From: Candidatus Poribacteria bacterium
Lineage (GTDB): Bacteria > Poribacteria > WGA-4E > PCPOR2b
NCBI GenBank assembly: GCA_965218095.1
Contig: OZ244587.1
Span: forward strand, 2,784,001 to 2,848,000
Length of the DNA stretch: 64,000 nucleotides
Reading direction: 5' to 3'
Of the stretch, positions 1 to 10,170 are shown piece by piece. The notes beneath the pieces were generated by a model, which was not told the origin of the DNA, made no database searches, and saw only the letters and a program-made list of their open reading frames with translations. Within the stretch, counting starts at the first letter, position 1; each line of letters starts with the position of its first letter. The position numbers were made by a program, and so were the translations under genes.

Positions 1-180
1 GCGTGTGTGACACCTGGTTTGTCAATACGGTGTTGCATAAACTGCTCAAAGAGTTGCATAATAAGAGTGACATAATCAGCCAACATTGGTCTTTGTACCA
101 TATTGGGGCTCCTTTTGCTATGATAACAATAGGAAACCCTTTTGGCTTGATTATGTCAACTATATTTATGCACACCCCTC
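1..180 (-). mobile_element. Partial second copy (transposase 5' end and TIR) of the IS at 4820-5928, running off the window edge
   Basis: Bases 1-180 are identical to 5749-5928 and end in the TIR TATGCACACCCCTC. Confidence 0.92.
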
Positions 181-440
181 ATAGTAATTGTAGATTATTG
201 GATCAATGTTTCGTGTCTGGCATCTATTTTCCTTTAAACTCATGCTACATTGCAGGCGTCAAGCGAACCGCCAGTCTGGACGATGAGCAGGTCGCCTTCA
301 ACAGTCCGCGCGGCCGCGATGCCCCATATTGGCATCTGGATATTATATTCGGTGTTAAGGTCTGTTTTCTTGAGATCTTCCACCGGCTCCCCTCGTACGT
401 ACCTCGCTGAGTCAAGTGTACAGCGGATTCGAGCGTTAAG

Positions 441-1241
441 TCAGTGCCAGCCTTTTTTTACATTGTATTCCACCGCCGCCGGGAAGTTTTCCTCCAGATG
501 AGCAAGAACCATCTCAATCGGACATTCACACCCCCGGCTGGGAAACCGAAACTCCCCTGTCTCCCGGAGCCGCACGCCATTCCGGGTGTGGAAATCCCCG
601 CGTCGGTCTGTAAACTGCCCCCAGTACCCCATAGTATACCGAACCTCCGTCCTCGGCTCTGTGCTTTGCTTCCAGCGTTCCGGGAAGAGCGCCTGAAACG
701 GCGGCACGGAATTCAGCCAACTCATACAGCGGACGACTTCGATATCGGGTCGCCTCACCTGTGAGTCGCGCAACAGGCGGATCAGAGAGGCGGCAAAGGG
801 GAGGTGCATATCGCTCAATGGAGACCGGGACTGGTAGATGTTGAGAATGTGGATGTTGAGCTGATCGGCCCTGTAGTCGTAACTCCAGCACTCGTAGGGA
901 CGGGCTTCCGGTGGGGGCATCGGGTCATGGCGCTTCTTCAGGTGAGGCCACAACAGATCCAGCCCTACCGCCTCAAGCTGCGCTGTAGAAGGGTCGTCGA
1001 TATGACGGTCGAAAATCGACCGGAGCCGCTCTAGGATGCCAGCCCACTCCGGCCCGACATCCTCGCGGGACGGATGGCGTTCCCCGTCGTACAGCGATGT
1101 ATTCCGGTAAATATTCACCCGTCCGTTCACCAGCTCTTCAAAGTCGCTGTCTCCTTCACGAAGGCGTTTATGGACATACCAGAGGCTGAGTTTGGTGAAT
1201 TCTCTCACATAGTTGATATGTGCGGGATCACTTTGCGGCAT
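441..1241 (-). CDS. Hypothetical protein (266 aa)
   Basis: Long ORF with an AGAGAGGAAA RBS upstream; no family recognised. Confidence 0.75.
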   Translation of the reverse strand: MPQSDPAHINYVREFTKLSLWYVHKRLREGDSDFEELVNGRVNIYRNTSLYDGERHPSREDVGPEWAGILERLRSIFDRHIDDPSTAQLEAVGLDLLWPHLKKRHDPMPPPEARPYECWSYDYRADQLNIHILNIYQSRSPLSDMHLPFAASLIRLLRDSQVRRPDIEVVRCMSWLNSVPPFQALFPERWKQSTEPRTEVRYTMGYWGQFTDRRGDFHTRNGVRLRETGEFRFPSRGCECPIEMVLAHLEENFPAAVEYNVKKGWH

Positions 1242-1471
1242 AGACTTTCCTCTCTTTGCTTATACCAATCAAACACGGCATGGCCATTTTCTGTACTATC
1301 ACTAAATCTTTGAGAAACCGTATCGGAACTGGAAATTAAACTCGCAACAGTTCATCAGTTCATTGAACTCTTAAACTCAAGTCCCGTGTCGTGTTCTCAA
1401 TACACCAGCGGGAACAGATTTTCTCACGCGTTGAGTGATGGCACAAAAGTATACCGTATATCAAAAGCGCG

Positions 1472-2881
1472 TTACGACTTTGAGGTTCCTCTAATTTCCC
1501 ACAATGTCTTGAGAAGAATCTTGATGTCAAAACCGATTGACCAGTTTTCGATGTAGTGCAAATCATAACGGATGCGCTCCTCCAGCGAGGTGTTACCACG
1601 CAATCCATTGACCTGCGCCCAGCCTGTCAGCCCACATTTGACACGATGCCGATCCAGGTAATGTGGAATGGATTTGCTAAAATCATTAATCAACCCTGAC
1701 ATTTCTGGACGTGGGCCCACGAGGCTCATATCCCCTTTGAGGACGTTGAAGAATTGGGGGAGTTCATCTAAACCCCATCGTCTCAGAAATCCCCCGAGCC
1801 GCGTCTGTCGTGGATCGTCCGTCGCAGCCCAGGTGTGGCCAACGCCTGCCTCCGCATCTTCCTGCATTGATCTGAACTTATAGATATAAAAAGGTTTACC
1901 ATCCCTGCCGATCCGTTCCTGTCGAAAAATAACTTTCCCCGGTGAGGTGAACTTCACAGCGATGGCAATTGCTAGCATCAATGGGCTCGAAATGATCAGC
2001 GCAAGACCACTCAACAGGAGGTCCATTCCTCGTTTAATGAGTCCACGCCAGCCCTGAAGCGGCAATTCCTTCAGCTTGACCACCGGAATGCCATCAAACT
2101 CCGTCACTCGCGTTTGGCCAATCATCACTTCATAGAGATCCGGAAGCACATGGATCTGAATGGACAGTCCTTCGCAAGCACCCACAATTCGTAGGATCTC
2201 TGCATGGGAAATCGCCGGTGAGGTGATGAACAACTCATTGATCTGATACTTTTGGACGAGGCTCCGGACGCCTGTGAAATCACCAAGAACGTGATGCGGA
2301 ATCGGCTGCGACGGTGGCTGTTCACCGAGTATGACGCCAATAAATTTATATCCGTTGTCTGCCTTCTCCTGGATTACATGAATAAATTGCTGCGTTGTTG
2401 TGTTGAAGCCAACAACAGCAACGTGACTGATGCCAACACCGTACTGCTGGACTGCTGCCTTGAAACGCTGGATTGCAAACCGATCAATGAAGAGGAGAAC
2501 AACACTTATCGCACAGGACAAGGGCATCACCCAACGCGAATATGGGTGTTTGTGGTAGAAAAAGAAGATTGCGCCGAGTGTGGCGATTAATGCGATGAAC
2601 CCCGCTTTTGATAGATTTAAGGCGGTTTCAAGCGTCACATTATTCTCAATACGGTAGAGACCAACCCCGCGAAGTGTTAGCATCCAGATGAACCCCATCA
2701 ACGGGATAACCTGGAAGTAGTAAGCCATCGGCGGGGGCGCTCCCTTATGGATTGCGACTACCTGTAGCCACCCTGATTCAAATCTGAACCAATAAGCGAC
2801 AAGAACCGATGCGCCGATGAAACAGGCATCGAAGAAAACAGTTAGGACGATGAGAAGCTGATCAAGGGTTTTGTTTGACAT
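1472..2881 (-). CDS. wcaJ: Undecaprenyl-phosphate glucose phosphotransferase (WcaJ-like sugar transferase)
   Basis: N-terminal TM helices, Rossmann-like middle, C-terminal KFRSM, LDELPQFFNVLKGDMSLVGPRP and GLTGWAQVNG motifs. Confidence 0.9.
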   Translation of the reverse strand: MSNKTLDQLLIVLTVFFDACFIGASVLVAYWFRFESGWLQVVAIHKGAPPPMAYYFQVIPLMGFIWMLTLRGVGLYRIENNVTLETALNLSKAGFIALIATLGAIFFFYHKHPYSRWVMPLSCAISVVLLFIDRFAIQRFKAAVQQYGVGISHVAVVGFNTTTQQFIHVIQEKADNGYKFIGVILGEQPPSQPIPHHVLGDFTGVRSLVQKYQINELFITSPAISHAEILRIVGACEGLSIQIHVLPDLYEVMIGQTRVTEFDGIPVVKLKELPLQGWRGLIKRGMDLLLSGLALIISSPLMLAIAIAVKFTSPGKVIFRQERIGRDGKPFYIYKFRSMQEDAEAGVGHTWAATDDPRQTRLGGFLRRWGLDELPQFFNVLKGDMSLVGPRPEMSGLINDFSKSIPHYLDRHRVKCGLTGWAQVNGLRGNTSLEERIRYDLHYIENWSIGFDIKILLKTLWEIRGTSKS

Positions 2882-2960
2882 ATTGCTCTAAATTCTCGAT
2901 TTCATGACTTGTGCTATATATACTGCGGACGGTCACAAATAACGCTTTCGCCGCATGAAT

Positions 2961-3010
2961 CCCTGATAGATCGGGATGCAAAGCGACCTGCCCTCCCGAT
3001 CTATCTAGGG
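2961..3010. repeat. REP-like inverted repeat (CCCGAT..ATCGGG family)
   Basis: ccctgatagatcggga ... tcccgatctatctaggg. Confidence 0.7.
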
Positions 3011-3209
3011 TGCAAAATGGTAGTGGTGTAGTTATGTAGGGTAGGCTATGTCCCGATATTTTGGTCTAATCAACGATGTATTTGAACAATAGAATGACGA
3101 AAAAAGAGCGGATGGGATTAGCCGAAATTTGACCTATGAAATGTGAAACGTGATGCGTAATGCGTATTGCATTCAACGCTATCCCTATTCTTCTATCACA
3201 TTTCCCATT

Positions 3210-3375
3210 TCAGAACTCAACAGTTACCCCCAAATAAGCGATCAGCAGCAATTGGCGGACGACATCCTGTTCGGTATAGTCCTCGTTGTAGTCGAAGGTC
3301 AGCACATTTTTGCGGTTGTACGCATTCAAAAGTTCAAGGAAAACCCCCATCTGCCAGCGATCATAGATAAACGAT
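3210..3375 (-). pseudogene. C-terminal remnant of a TonB-dependent receptor-like outer-membrane barrel
   Basis: Start-less frame FIYDRWQMGVFLELLNAYNRKNVLTFDYNEDYTEQDVVRQLLLIAYLGVTVEF* with terminal Phe. Confidence 0.6.
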
Positions 3376-3420
3376 ACTCATCTTGAACAAAAACGTACTT
3401 CTATACCAAGAACGGGCATA

Positions 3421-3485
3421 ACTGTCATCCTGAACGAAGTGAAGGATCTCGGTCATAGATTCTTCGCTCTGCTCAGAATGACAGT
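3421..3485. repeat. Palindromic element TGTCATCCTGA...TCAGAATGACA
   Basis: actgtcatcctgaacgaagtgaaggatct ... agattcttcgctctgctcagaatgacagt forms an imperfect hairpin. Confidence 0.75.
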
Positions 3486-3516
3486 CGGAAAGTGTAATCT
3501 ATGACCGTGTGAAGTA

Positions 3517-3586
3517 TAACCGAAGTTGCTGCCTCTAAGCAGATGATACATCGGGGCGACTAGAAACTCGATTTATAGCACAGATT
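3517..3586. repeat. Dispersed ~70-bp non-coding element, copy 1 (copy 2 at 31332-31401)
   Basis: Shared blocks taac..agttg, taagca.atgataca, gggcgacta, gattta.agcacagatt. Confidence 0.65.
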
Positions 3587-3798
3587 CACAGAATTAACGG
3601 ATTATCTTGATACAGATCAGCTTATTCTGATTATCCGTGCTATATTCCATGATGCAAAATTTTAGCATATCACGCGATTCAACATCCATAACAAAAGGTT
3701 CCGAATCTTTATACACAACCGACTTATAAAGTGGACCCATTGTCGAGGCCAAAATACAGGAAAAATAAGTAAGATATTTGAGATAAACTGACACTGCT

Positions 3799-4548
3799 TT
3801 AGCTCAGATAGACCTCAGCCGGGGTAGCATAATTTAGACTCTGGTGAGGTCGCTGTTGATTATAGAAACGGATATATTGAGTTAATCCATCAAACAGGGC
3901 TTGCCCTGTTTGGTAAAGTTTGTGATAAACATCTTCATACTTGACGCTTCGCCAAAACCGCTCAATGTAAATGTTGTCAATGGCTCTCCCCACGCTGTCC
4001 ATACTCATAGCAATACCATCGGCTTCGACCGTATCGGTGAAAGCATTGGCTGTAAACTGGACACCTTGGTCAGTATTGAAGATGATGGGGGTTGCCCCAG
4101 ATAATGCGTGATGCAAAGCGTCGAGACAGAACTGCCCTGATAGACTATTGGATAACTCCCAAGTGATGACGTAACGACTATACCAGTCGAGTATCGCCAC
4201 CAGATACATAAACCCTTTATCCATCGGGATATAGGTAATGTCAGCCGACCAGACCTCATTGGCAGCGGTCACCTCATAGTCCCGTAATAGGTATGGGTAA
4301 ATCCGATGCTCGCTGTTGATGGCTGAGGGTTTGGGATAAATCGCTTCTATACCCATCAAACGCATCAGTCGCTGGATGCGTTTGCGGTTCACACGGTAGC
4401 CAAGCCGCTTAAGATGTTGTGTCATTCGACGACTCCCATAGAAAGGGGTTTGCAGATAGTGCTCATCTATTTGTCTCATCAGATGCAGATTGTCTGCTGA
4501 CTCTGTAGCCGGTTGACAGTAGAGGGTTGACCGGGAAAAACCGAGCAA
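3799..4548 (-). CDS. IS3 family transposase OrfB (rve integrase core)
   Basis: YGSRR, WSADITYI, FNTDQGVQF, DNIYIERFWRSVKYE, RPHQSL motifs. Confidence 0.93.
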   Translation of the reverse strand: MLGFSRSTLYCQPATESADNLHLMRQIDEHYLQTPFYGSRRMTQHLKRLGYRVNRKRIQRLMRLMGIEAIYPKPSAINSEHRIYPYLLRDYEVTAANEVWSADITYIPMDKGFMYLVAILDWYSRYVITWELSNSLSGQFCLDALHHALSGATPIIFNTDQGVQFTANAFTDTVEADGIAMSMDSVGRAIDNIYIERFWRSVKYEDVYHKLYQTGQALFDGLTQYIRFYNQQRPHQSLNYATPAEVYLS

Positions 4549-4819
4549 TTCACACTGACGACGGATACTCAGTTTCAGGTGGTCGGGTTCAACGAGTGCC
4601 CGTCTCTGTTCAGCGGCTTGAGGCAGCTTTTTTTTTCAACCAGTCGAGTTCCATATTCAACCGCCCCATTTGCTCATACAGGCTCGACTCCCTGTCATTT
4701 TGCTCACGCTGTCGCTGGGTCGGGTTGGTAGCGAAAATATCGCTACCTTGTTCAAGCAACTGTTTCTTCCATTGGCTGATTTGGCTTGGGTGCAACTGAT
4801 GCTCGCTTGCCAATTGGTT

Positions 4820-5928
4820 GAGGGGTGTGCATAGTAGTTCATTGGAAAACAGCCGCCATATGAGAGATATTGCGAGCAGGTAACTTCCATATGGCATTGG
4901 CAATCATAGCCACTTGCACTGATAACACCCCGATAGCTAAACAACAGCGTACATTGAAAAACCCCTTGACCGGTAACTGCTTCTGTTGAGGAGTGGTGCC
5001 TATCACTTTAGCAATCAAGTCAAACAACGGTTCAACCGAACTGCGACGTTTGCTTAAACAGAGACGCTGCTTGGGTTGGTTGATAAATCGATGATACGCC
5101 TTGGCAAACCGTCCCTTTGTCCATCTAAGTGCCGGGGTAATCAAAGCGACTTGTGCCTTCGCCCAACGACGGATACGGTCTGCTTGGGTATAGGCATCAT
5201 CGGCAGTGAGTGTCTGCGGTGAAAGTTGTGTCAGAATCTCAGACGCTTTAGCATCTATCGCCCAACTTTCGGAGACCGACGCACGGTGCACAGTTATCAG
5301 TGTTGGGAACGCACCTTGTGTGCAGATAATGTGAAGTCCGTAGCCATAGACCCAGCCATGATAACCACTCTTGCTCCACGTGGCATCGGTGTCGAGGTTG
5401 CGTAGATGTTTAGGTACTTTTCCTGCTTTGCGGTCAGTTTGATGCCAGACGGGTCCTCGTGCCTTAAATAAACTTTTGTCGGCTACCAGATGAGCCAAGT
5501 TGAATTGTTGGGACAAGTCAGTGGCATACTGACCGATAAACAATACAAATGCCTCTATCACTTCATATAATGCCTTATAGCGACGTGCAATCGTGGTTCG
5601 ATGAGGGGGCTGTTGCCACCCCAGCATTTGTAACACTTCTGGGTGATTGATTAGCCACCGCCATTGCGTTTTGAAGCCATAGATGCCGTGAAACTGCATC
5701 AACATGAAGAAAATGATAAACGAGGTGGTTGAATATGTCAATGGTTTTGCGTGTGTGACACCTGGTTTGTCAATACGGTGTTGCATAAACTGCTCAAAGA
5801 GTTGCATAATAAGAGTGACATAATCAGCCAACATTGGTCTTTGTACCATATTGGGGCTCCTTTTGCTATGATAACAATAGGAAACCCTTTTGGCTTGATT
5901 ATGTCAACTATATTTATGCACACCCCTC
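4820..5928 (-). mobile_element. 1109-bp IS (DDE_Tnp_1 type; IS982/IS5-like) with 14-bp TIRs and 8-bp TSD
   Basis: TIRs GAGGGGTGTGCATA / TATGCACACCCCTC; TSD AATTGGTT at 4812-4819 and 5929-5936. Confidence 0.92.
4839..5849 (-). CDS. DDE transposase (336 aa), intact
   Basis: DATWSKSGYHGWVYGYGLH, ADDAY and RSSVEPLF motifs; ORF fills the element. Confidence 0.88.
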   Translation of the reverse strand: MVQRPMLADYVTLIMQLFEQFMQHRIDKPGVTHAKPLTYSTTSFIIFFMLMQFHGIYGFKTQWRWLINHPEVLQMLGWQQPPHRTTIARRYKALYEVIEAFVLFIGQYATDLSQQFNLAHLVADKSLFKARGPVWHQTDRKAGKVPKHLRNLDTDATWSKSGYHGWVYGYGLHIICTQGAFPTLITVHRASVSESWAIDAKASEILTQLSPQTLTADDAYTQADRIRRWAKAQVALITPALRWTKGRFAKAYHRFINQPKQRLCLSKRRSSVEPLFDLIAKVIGTTPQQKQLPVKGFFNVRCCLAIGVLSVQVAMIANAIWKLPARNISHMAAVFQ

Positions 5929-6124
5929 AATTGGTTGATAGTTTTATCGGGCTTGATGGCTTCAACGGCTATTTGAAACTTGAATTTGGCAGTATGCCGA
6001 ATCCGTTTGGTTGACATATTCAGACCTCCATTGGTGGACGGGAGTTAGACGTTATTTCTTACTTAACTCCTGGCCCGAATATTGGGGACCATTATATTAG
6101 GTAACTTTCAAAAAGAAAGTAATG

Positions 6125-6184
6125 GTTTGTAGTGAGGCGATTCATCACTGTCCCAAACGCGCAATGAATTGCGCTACTACAAAC
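6125..6184. repeat. GTAG-type REP pair
   Basis: gtttgtagtgaggcgattcat ... atgaattgcgctactacaaac. Confidence 0.7.
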
Positions 6185-6320
6185 GGAATGTATAGTTTAA
6201 TCCTGAAAATTACTTAACATCTTATTGACACCAATTTGACAGTGTGATAACATAGACGATACCAGCGAATAAACTTAAGTCAACCGCCAAGAAGATTGGT
6301 TTTGCAAAAAGGAGTGACCC

Positions 6321-6593
6321 ATGACCCGAAAAATCTTTCCTATCATTCTCCTCTTTTTTATCGTGGATGGATTCATCTCACACCTAGAAGCCCAAGACGA
6401 CGTTCCCACTCACGCCGCCGATGGCGAATACCTCAGGGAATGGCTCGTGCTGGGGCCCTTCTTCCCGGATGATCTAGATAAGGATTTCCTCGCCGGTGTG
6501 GGCGGAGAAGCAAATGTGAATCCGAAAGCAGGCGATACCGTCACCACGGCTGACGGGGCGACCTTGACGTGGAAACGGTACAAGTCTCAATAG
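6321..6593 (+). pseudogene. Truncated secreted protein (signal peptide plus WLVLGPF domain start)
   Basis: AGGAG RBS, signal peptide, stops at 90 aa apparently mid-domain. Confidence 0.55.
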
Positions 6594-6792
6594 GCCTATC
6601 ATCGACTTTAGGTACGTCTTCAAATCGCATAAAGCCATCGTTGACACGACCGATGCTGCTGGGTATCACGGAAAGGCAGTCAGTTATACCTTCTGTGCGC
6701 TACAAAGTGAGGTTGCACGAACGGTTAATAGTCACTTTCAGTACAAACTTGTGTTATAATGCCTGAGAAAGTATATCCAACAAGGAACAAAT

Positions 6793-7884
6793 ATGAAAAT
6801 CACCGAAATCAAAACTTACAATCTCAGGTATCCCCTGATCGAACCGTTCGCAAACTCACAAGCGCGGTCAAAGGCAAGGCATGCCGGTGTCGTAGAGATC
6901 CGCACCGATGCGGGCATCACAGGCTGGGGGGAAGGTTTGAGTACGCCCTCTCAATCGGCGATCAACGCCCACCTGATTGGGAAAGATCCGTTTGATGTCG
7001 AGTTAATCTGGAATGCGATGCACCAAGACAGCGGGGGTGACATCGCCGCAATGAGCGGGGTGGATATTGCTCTGTGGGACATCATGGGGAAAGCGTTGGA
7101 TCAACCCATCTATCGTTTGCTCGGTGGGGCGTTCAGAGATTCAATTCCTGCCTACGCCAGCGGGCTTTTTAGGAAAGATAAGCCCGACGTGACCCGGGTC
7201 TTGATGGATGAGGCAAAAAGTTACGTTGACCAGGGCTTTCCAGCCGTGAAAATGAAGATCGGCTTTGGGGAAGCCTACGATGTGAAGAATGTCACCGCCG
7301 TGCGGAAAGCCATCGGGGATTCGATTTTGCTTGCAGTCGATGCCAATTGTGGTTATGATGTTGGGACAGCCATCGACATTGGGCGAAAGATTATTGATAA
7401 TGATCTGTTTTGGTATGAGGAGCCGATCACGACGGACGATGTGGATGGCTATGTAGAGATACGCCATGCGCTCAAAGTCCGTATCGCCGGTGGCGAGGGG
7501 TTACGGGGGCGGTGGGCATTCCGTGATCTCATCCAAAAACGTGGGTATGACATCGTACAACCCGATGTTAGCGTCGCTGGTGGATTTACAGAGTGTCGCA
7601 AGATTGCTGCAATGGCGAGCGCCAACTATGTCCGTGTGCTGCCGCATATGTGGGGGGGCAGCATCCGCCTCGCCGCCACGCTTCATTGGCAGGCGACAAT
7701 CCCCGATTCCCTGCAGGCACCAAACCCGGTCCCTTCGTTGTTTGAGTTCGACATGACAGAAAACCGTCTGCGTACAGATCTCGCCAAAGCGCCGATTCGC
7801 GCAGTGGAAGGATTCGTCCCCGTCCCGGAAGGTCCAGGCCTGGGCATTGAGATTGATCGAAAAGTGCTGGAGAAGTATGCTTGA
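6793..7884 (+). CDS. Mandelate racemase/muconate lactonizing enzyme family (enolase superfamily)
   Basis: GITGWGE, VDIALWD, KMKIG, VDAN, EEP, GE, QPD, PGLG motifs. Confidence 0.93.
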   Translation: MKITEIKTYNLRYPLIEPFANSQARSKARHAGVVEIRTDAGITGWGEGLSTPSQSAINAHLIGKDPFDVELIWNAMHQDSGGDIAAMSGVDIALWDIMGKALDQPIYRLLGGAFRDSIPAYASGLFRKDKPDVTRVLMDEAKSYVDQGFPAVKMKIGFGEAYDVKNVTAVRKAIGDSILLAVDANCGYDVGTAIDIGRKIIDNDLFWYEEPITTDDVDGYVEIRHALKVRIAGGEGLRGRWAFRDLIQKRGYDIVQPDVSVAGGFTECRKIAAMASANYVRVLPHMWGGSIRLAATLHWQATIPDSLQAPNPVPSLFEFDMTENRLRTDLAKAPIRAVEGFVPVPEGPGLGIEIDRKVLEKYA

Positions 7885-8114
7885 TAAGCAGCGGTGTCCA
7901 ACTTTTTATGCTGCGAACGGTCACAAACTGCGCTTGTGCAATGTTAAAAATGCACCCGGATGAAATTGACCATGCAAGGATACAAGAGGCAAGATACAAA
8001 TCTGAATCTTGCATCCTTGAATCATCCAAAAGCGCAAATTCTGCCCTCGTTGAGTATAAGTCATCATGAACCTCAATTGATGGCCTACATGAGTCTACGT
8101 TTTACGCTACAGGG

Positions 8115-8903
8115 GTGAATAAATTGAAAAACGTCTCATCAATATTGAATTTGCTATCCTCCACCGGAAACGGGGAAGGTTTGGGTAACGGTAGCAAGTA
8201 CAAATCGGTCGAAGCGCGAAGGGAAGAAATATATCAAGCTACTATAGATCGGGGTTTGTTCACAAAGGAGGAGTTTGACGAGAAGTTTCGAGGGCAATTC
8301 CTTGACAAATATGGCCAAGATAGCCTCGCTTGCTATATTTCCTGCGCTTTTGAAAAGCCAGAAGGTATTTTTGTGACTGCGAACCCGAAACTGTTGGAAG
8401 GGCGCACGCAACTCCAACTCCGATTTGAAACCAAAATTGTCTCCGTGGAAGAAGGGACCCTGCAGCCGCGGGGACAGGTACTCATGCTCGATGCGAGTGT
8501 GCTGACTGAAATACTGGTTGAGGAACAGGTTCAGAAATCCGCGAAACTTGCGGCGGAGGGGAAATACCAAAAAGCGGTCGAGGAAGCGGATGTCGGTTTA
8601 GCAATGGATGAGGAAAATCTCAGGCTCCGTACCATACGTGGAACCGCGCATGCTTCCACCGAACAGATGGAGGCGGCAAAGGAAGATATCGAGATGGTGA
8701 TAGAACGTGATAAAGATTGTCCGCCCGAACTGGTCCACAATCTCGGTTGTGTTTACTGCGCACTTGGCGATTTTGATAAAGCGAGGGAGTTGTTCCACCA
8801 GGCATTGCGCATGTGTCCCAATTACGATCTCCCAAGGAAAATGCTAGAGCAGATAGAGGGGGAAGTAACGGAGGCGGAGGGTGAAGAGAATGACCAGTCC
8901 TGA
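8115..8903 (+). CDS. TPR-repeat protein with a possible PIN-like N-terminal segment
   Basis: C-terminal TPRs (HNLGCVYCALGDFDKARELFHQALRMCP). Confidence 0.7.
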   Translation: MNKLKNVSSILNLLSSTGNGEGLGNGSKYKSVEARREEIYQATIDRGLFTKEEFDEKFRGQFLDKYGQDSLACYISCAFEKPEGIFVTANPKLLEGRTQLQLRFETKIVSVEEGTLQPRGQVLMLDASVLTEILVEEQVQKSAKLAAEGKYQKAVEEADVGLAMDEENLRLRTIRGTAHASTEQMEAAKEDIEMVIERDKDCPPELVHNLGCVYCALGDFDKARELFHQALRMCPNYDLPRKMLEQIEGEVTEAEGEENDQS

Positions 8904-9234
8904 ACTGTTCGGTGCGAAGGAGGTAGAGCGATTGAAGTTCGACCGCATCTAGCGCTTCGCATGAACATGGGCTGCGGTTAAAAGCGATGACGGAACACAT
9001 CCAGCGTTTAGAGGTCGAAAATCGCCAACTGAGGGAAAGCCGGAATGCACAGGCAATAACCTCCCAATCCATTCGCTCTCGCCCGCAGGGAACCTCTTTA
9101 TCACCGGCTGCCCCATAATCTAAGGCGGTAGATGAAGATGAAATAACGGATGAAGATCGTATTGGCATTGAGGCTCGCAGTTTGTTTCAGCAATTTATCA
9201 AAGCCTCAACGCCTTCGACATCTTTCAGCGAACC

Positions 9235-9265
9235 ATCTTGCGAAGGTTTCAAACCTTCGAAGGAT
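9235..9265. repeat. 33-bp AACCTT-family palindrome (degenerate copy)
   Basis: cttgcgaaggtttcaaaccttcgaagg. Confidence 0.75.
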
Positions 9266-9288
9266 GTAGTAGTGTTTCCTTACTTTGC

Positions 9289-10056
9289 CTATTTCTTCTT
9301 GCTAGTCAAGTCAGCGATAAATGCTACGATGTCAGCTACATCTTGATCTGACAACCGATCCTCGGCGAAGAAGGGCATTATAAAACCACCTTTGCGGACG
9401 TAAAAAGCGATTTTGTGCTTCTGTTTTTCTAAGTCTTTCGGTGGTCTCTTTCGGACAAGTCGGGACCCGATACCAGCTTTCTGAGCGGTTGGGTGGCAGA
9501 CATTGCACGCCCGACTATACAGTTTCCAGCCCTTCTGCGAATCGCCTTTCATCTCCATAATCTTATCGGCGGCTGCACTCGCAGCTTCTTTATCCAGCAT
9601 TGTGATTTGGAACTGTGGCCCTGTGTTATCTCCAGAGACATGCTCAAAATAAGCCATTACGGCTTCGGCTTGTTCCTCTGGAATTGCTGTGGGATTGACT
9701 TTATTGCCGGGGACTCTCTGCAAGAAATGTTCATAACAGAAGCCACCACCGCCGGCAGCCCGTCTGAAATCATCCCCTTTAATCATGCCGCCTTTCGCTT
9801 CGCCACGATGCGGCACGCCGACAATGCTGTGCCCTGAACGTATCCGACCATCAGGATTCGCAGCTTCGTCGAAATCCGCATGACAGTCCGCGCAAGATAG
9901 ACCGCTGACCTTGGTGGGGTCGAGCGTTCCACCGAAGGAGGGGTCATAGAAAAGTTCACGCCCCATTTGGGCTTTCTCGGACATCTCTGCGTTTACCAGG
10001 ACCGCCAATGAGAGCGTCAAGAAGGCAGTTAATCCAAAAGCAACAACTTTGTGCAT
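9289..10056 (-). CDS. Periplasmic diheme cytochrome c (TsdA-like layout)
   Basis: Signal peptide, CADCH and CNVCH heme motifs, C-terminal MP axial Met. Confidence 0.85.
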   Translation of the reverse strand: MHKVVAFGLTAFLTLSLAVLVNAEMSEKAQMGRELFYDPSFGGTLDPTKVSGLSCADCHADFDEAANPDGRIRSGHSIVGVPHRGEAKGGMIKGDDFRRAAGGGGFCYEHFLQRVPGNKVNPTAIPEEQAEAVMAYFEHVSGDNTGPQFQITMLDKEAASAAADKIMEMKGDSQKGWKLYSRACNVCHPTAQKAGIGSRLVRKRPPKDLEKQKHKIAFYVRKGGFIMPFFAEDRLSDQDVADIVAFIADLTSKKK

Positions 10057-10170
10057 TATAATCTCCTTTCGTGTGTTGAGAATTGCTATGAAGTGAAAGT
10101 CCTAATAACATTATCAGGATACATATCGGCTGTCAACGAAAAACCGATCGAATTTAACAGGTCTGGTGTA

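Larger units (their letters stand above)
4610..6017 (-). pseudogene. IS3 OrfA split by the nested IS (5929-6017 plus 4610-4819)
   Basis: Removing the insert and one TSD restores MSTKRIRHTAKFKFQIAVEAIKPDKTINQLASEHQLHPSQISQWKKQLL. Confidence 0.88.
3725..6096 (-). mobile_element. IS3-family element interrupted by a second IS
   Basis: orfA/orfB layout, A9G slippery site near 4627-4636, imperfect IRs TATAAAGTGGACCCATTGTCGAGGCCA / TATAATGGTCCCCAATATTCGGGCCA; about 1.25 kb once the nested IS is removed. Confidence 0.8.

Noticed and set aside
3-410. ORFs 3-410 and 5751-6014 with identical N-termini
   Set aside because: Antisense shadows of the duplicated IS end
2923-7934. ~24-bp motif ctgcg(g/a)acggtcacaaa at 2923 and 7911
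   Set aside because: Only two short copies with no IR or TSD logic; cannot be assigned
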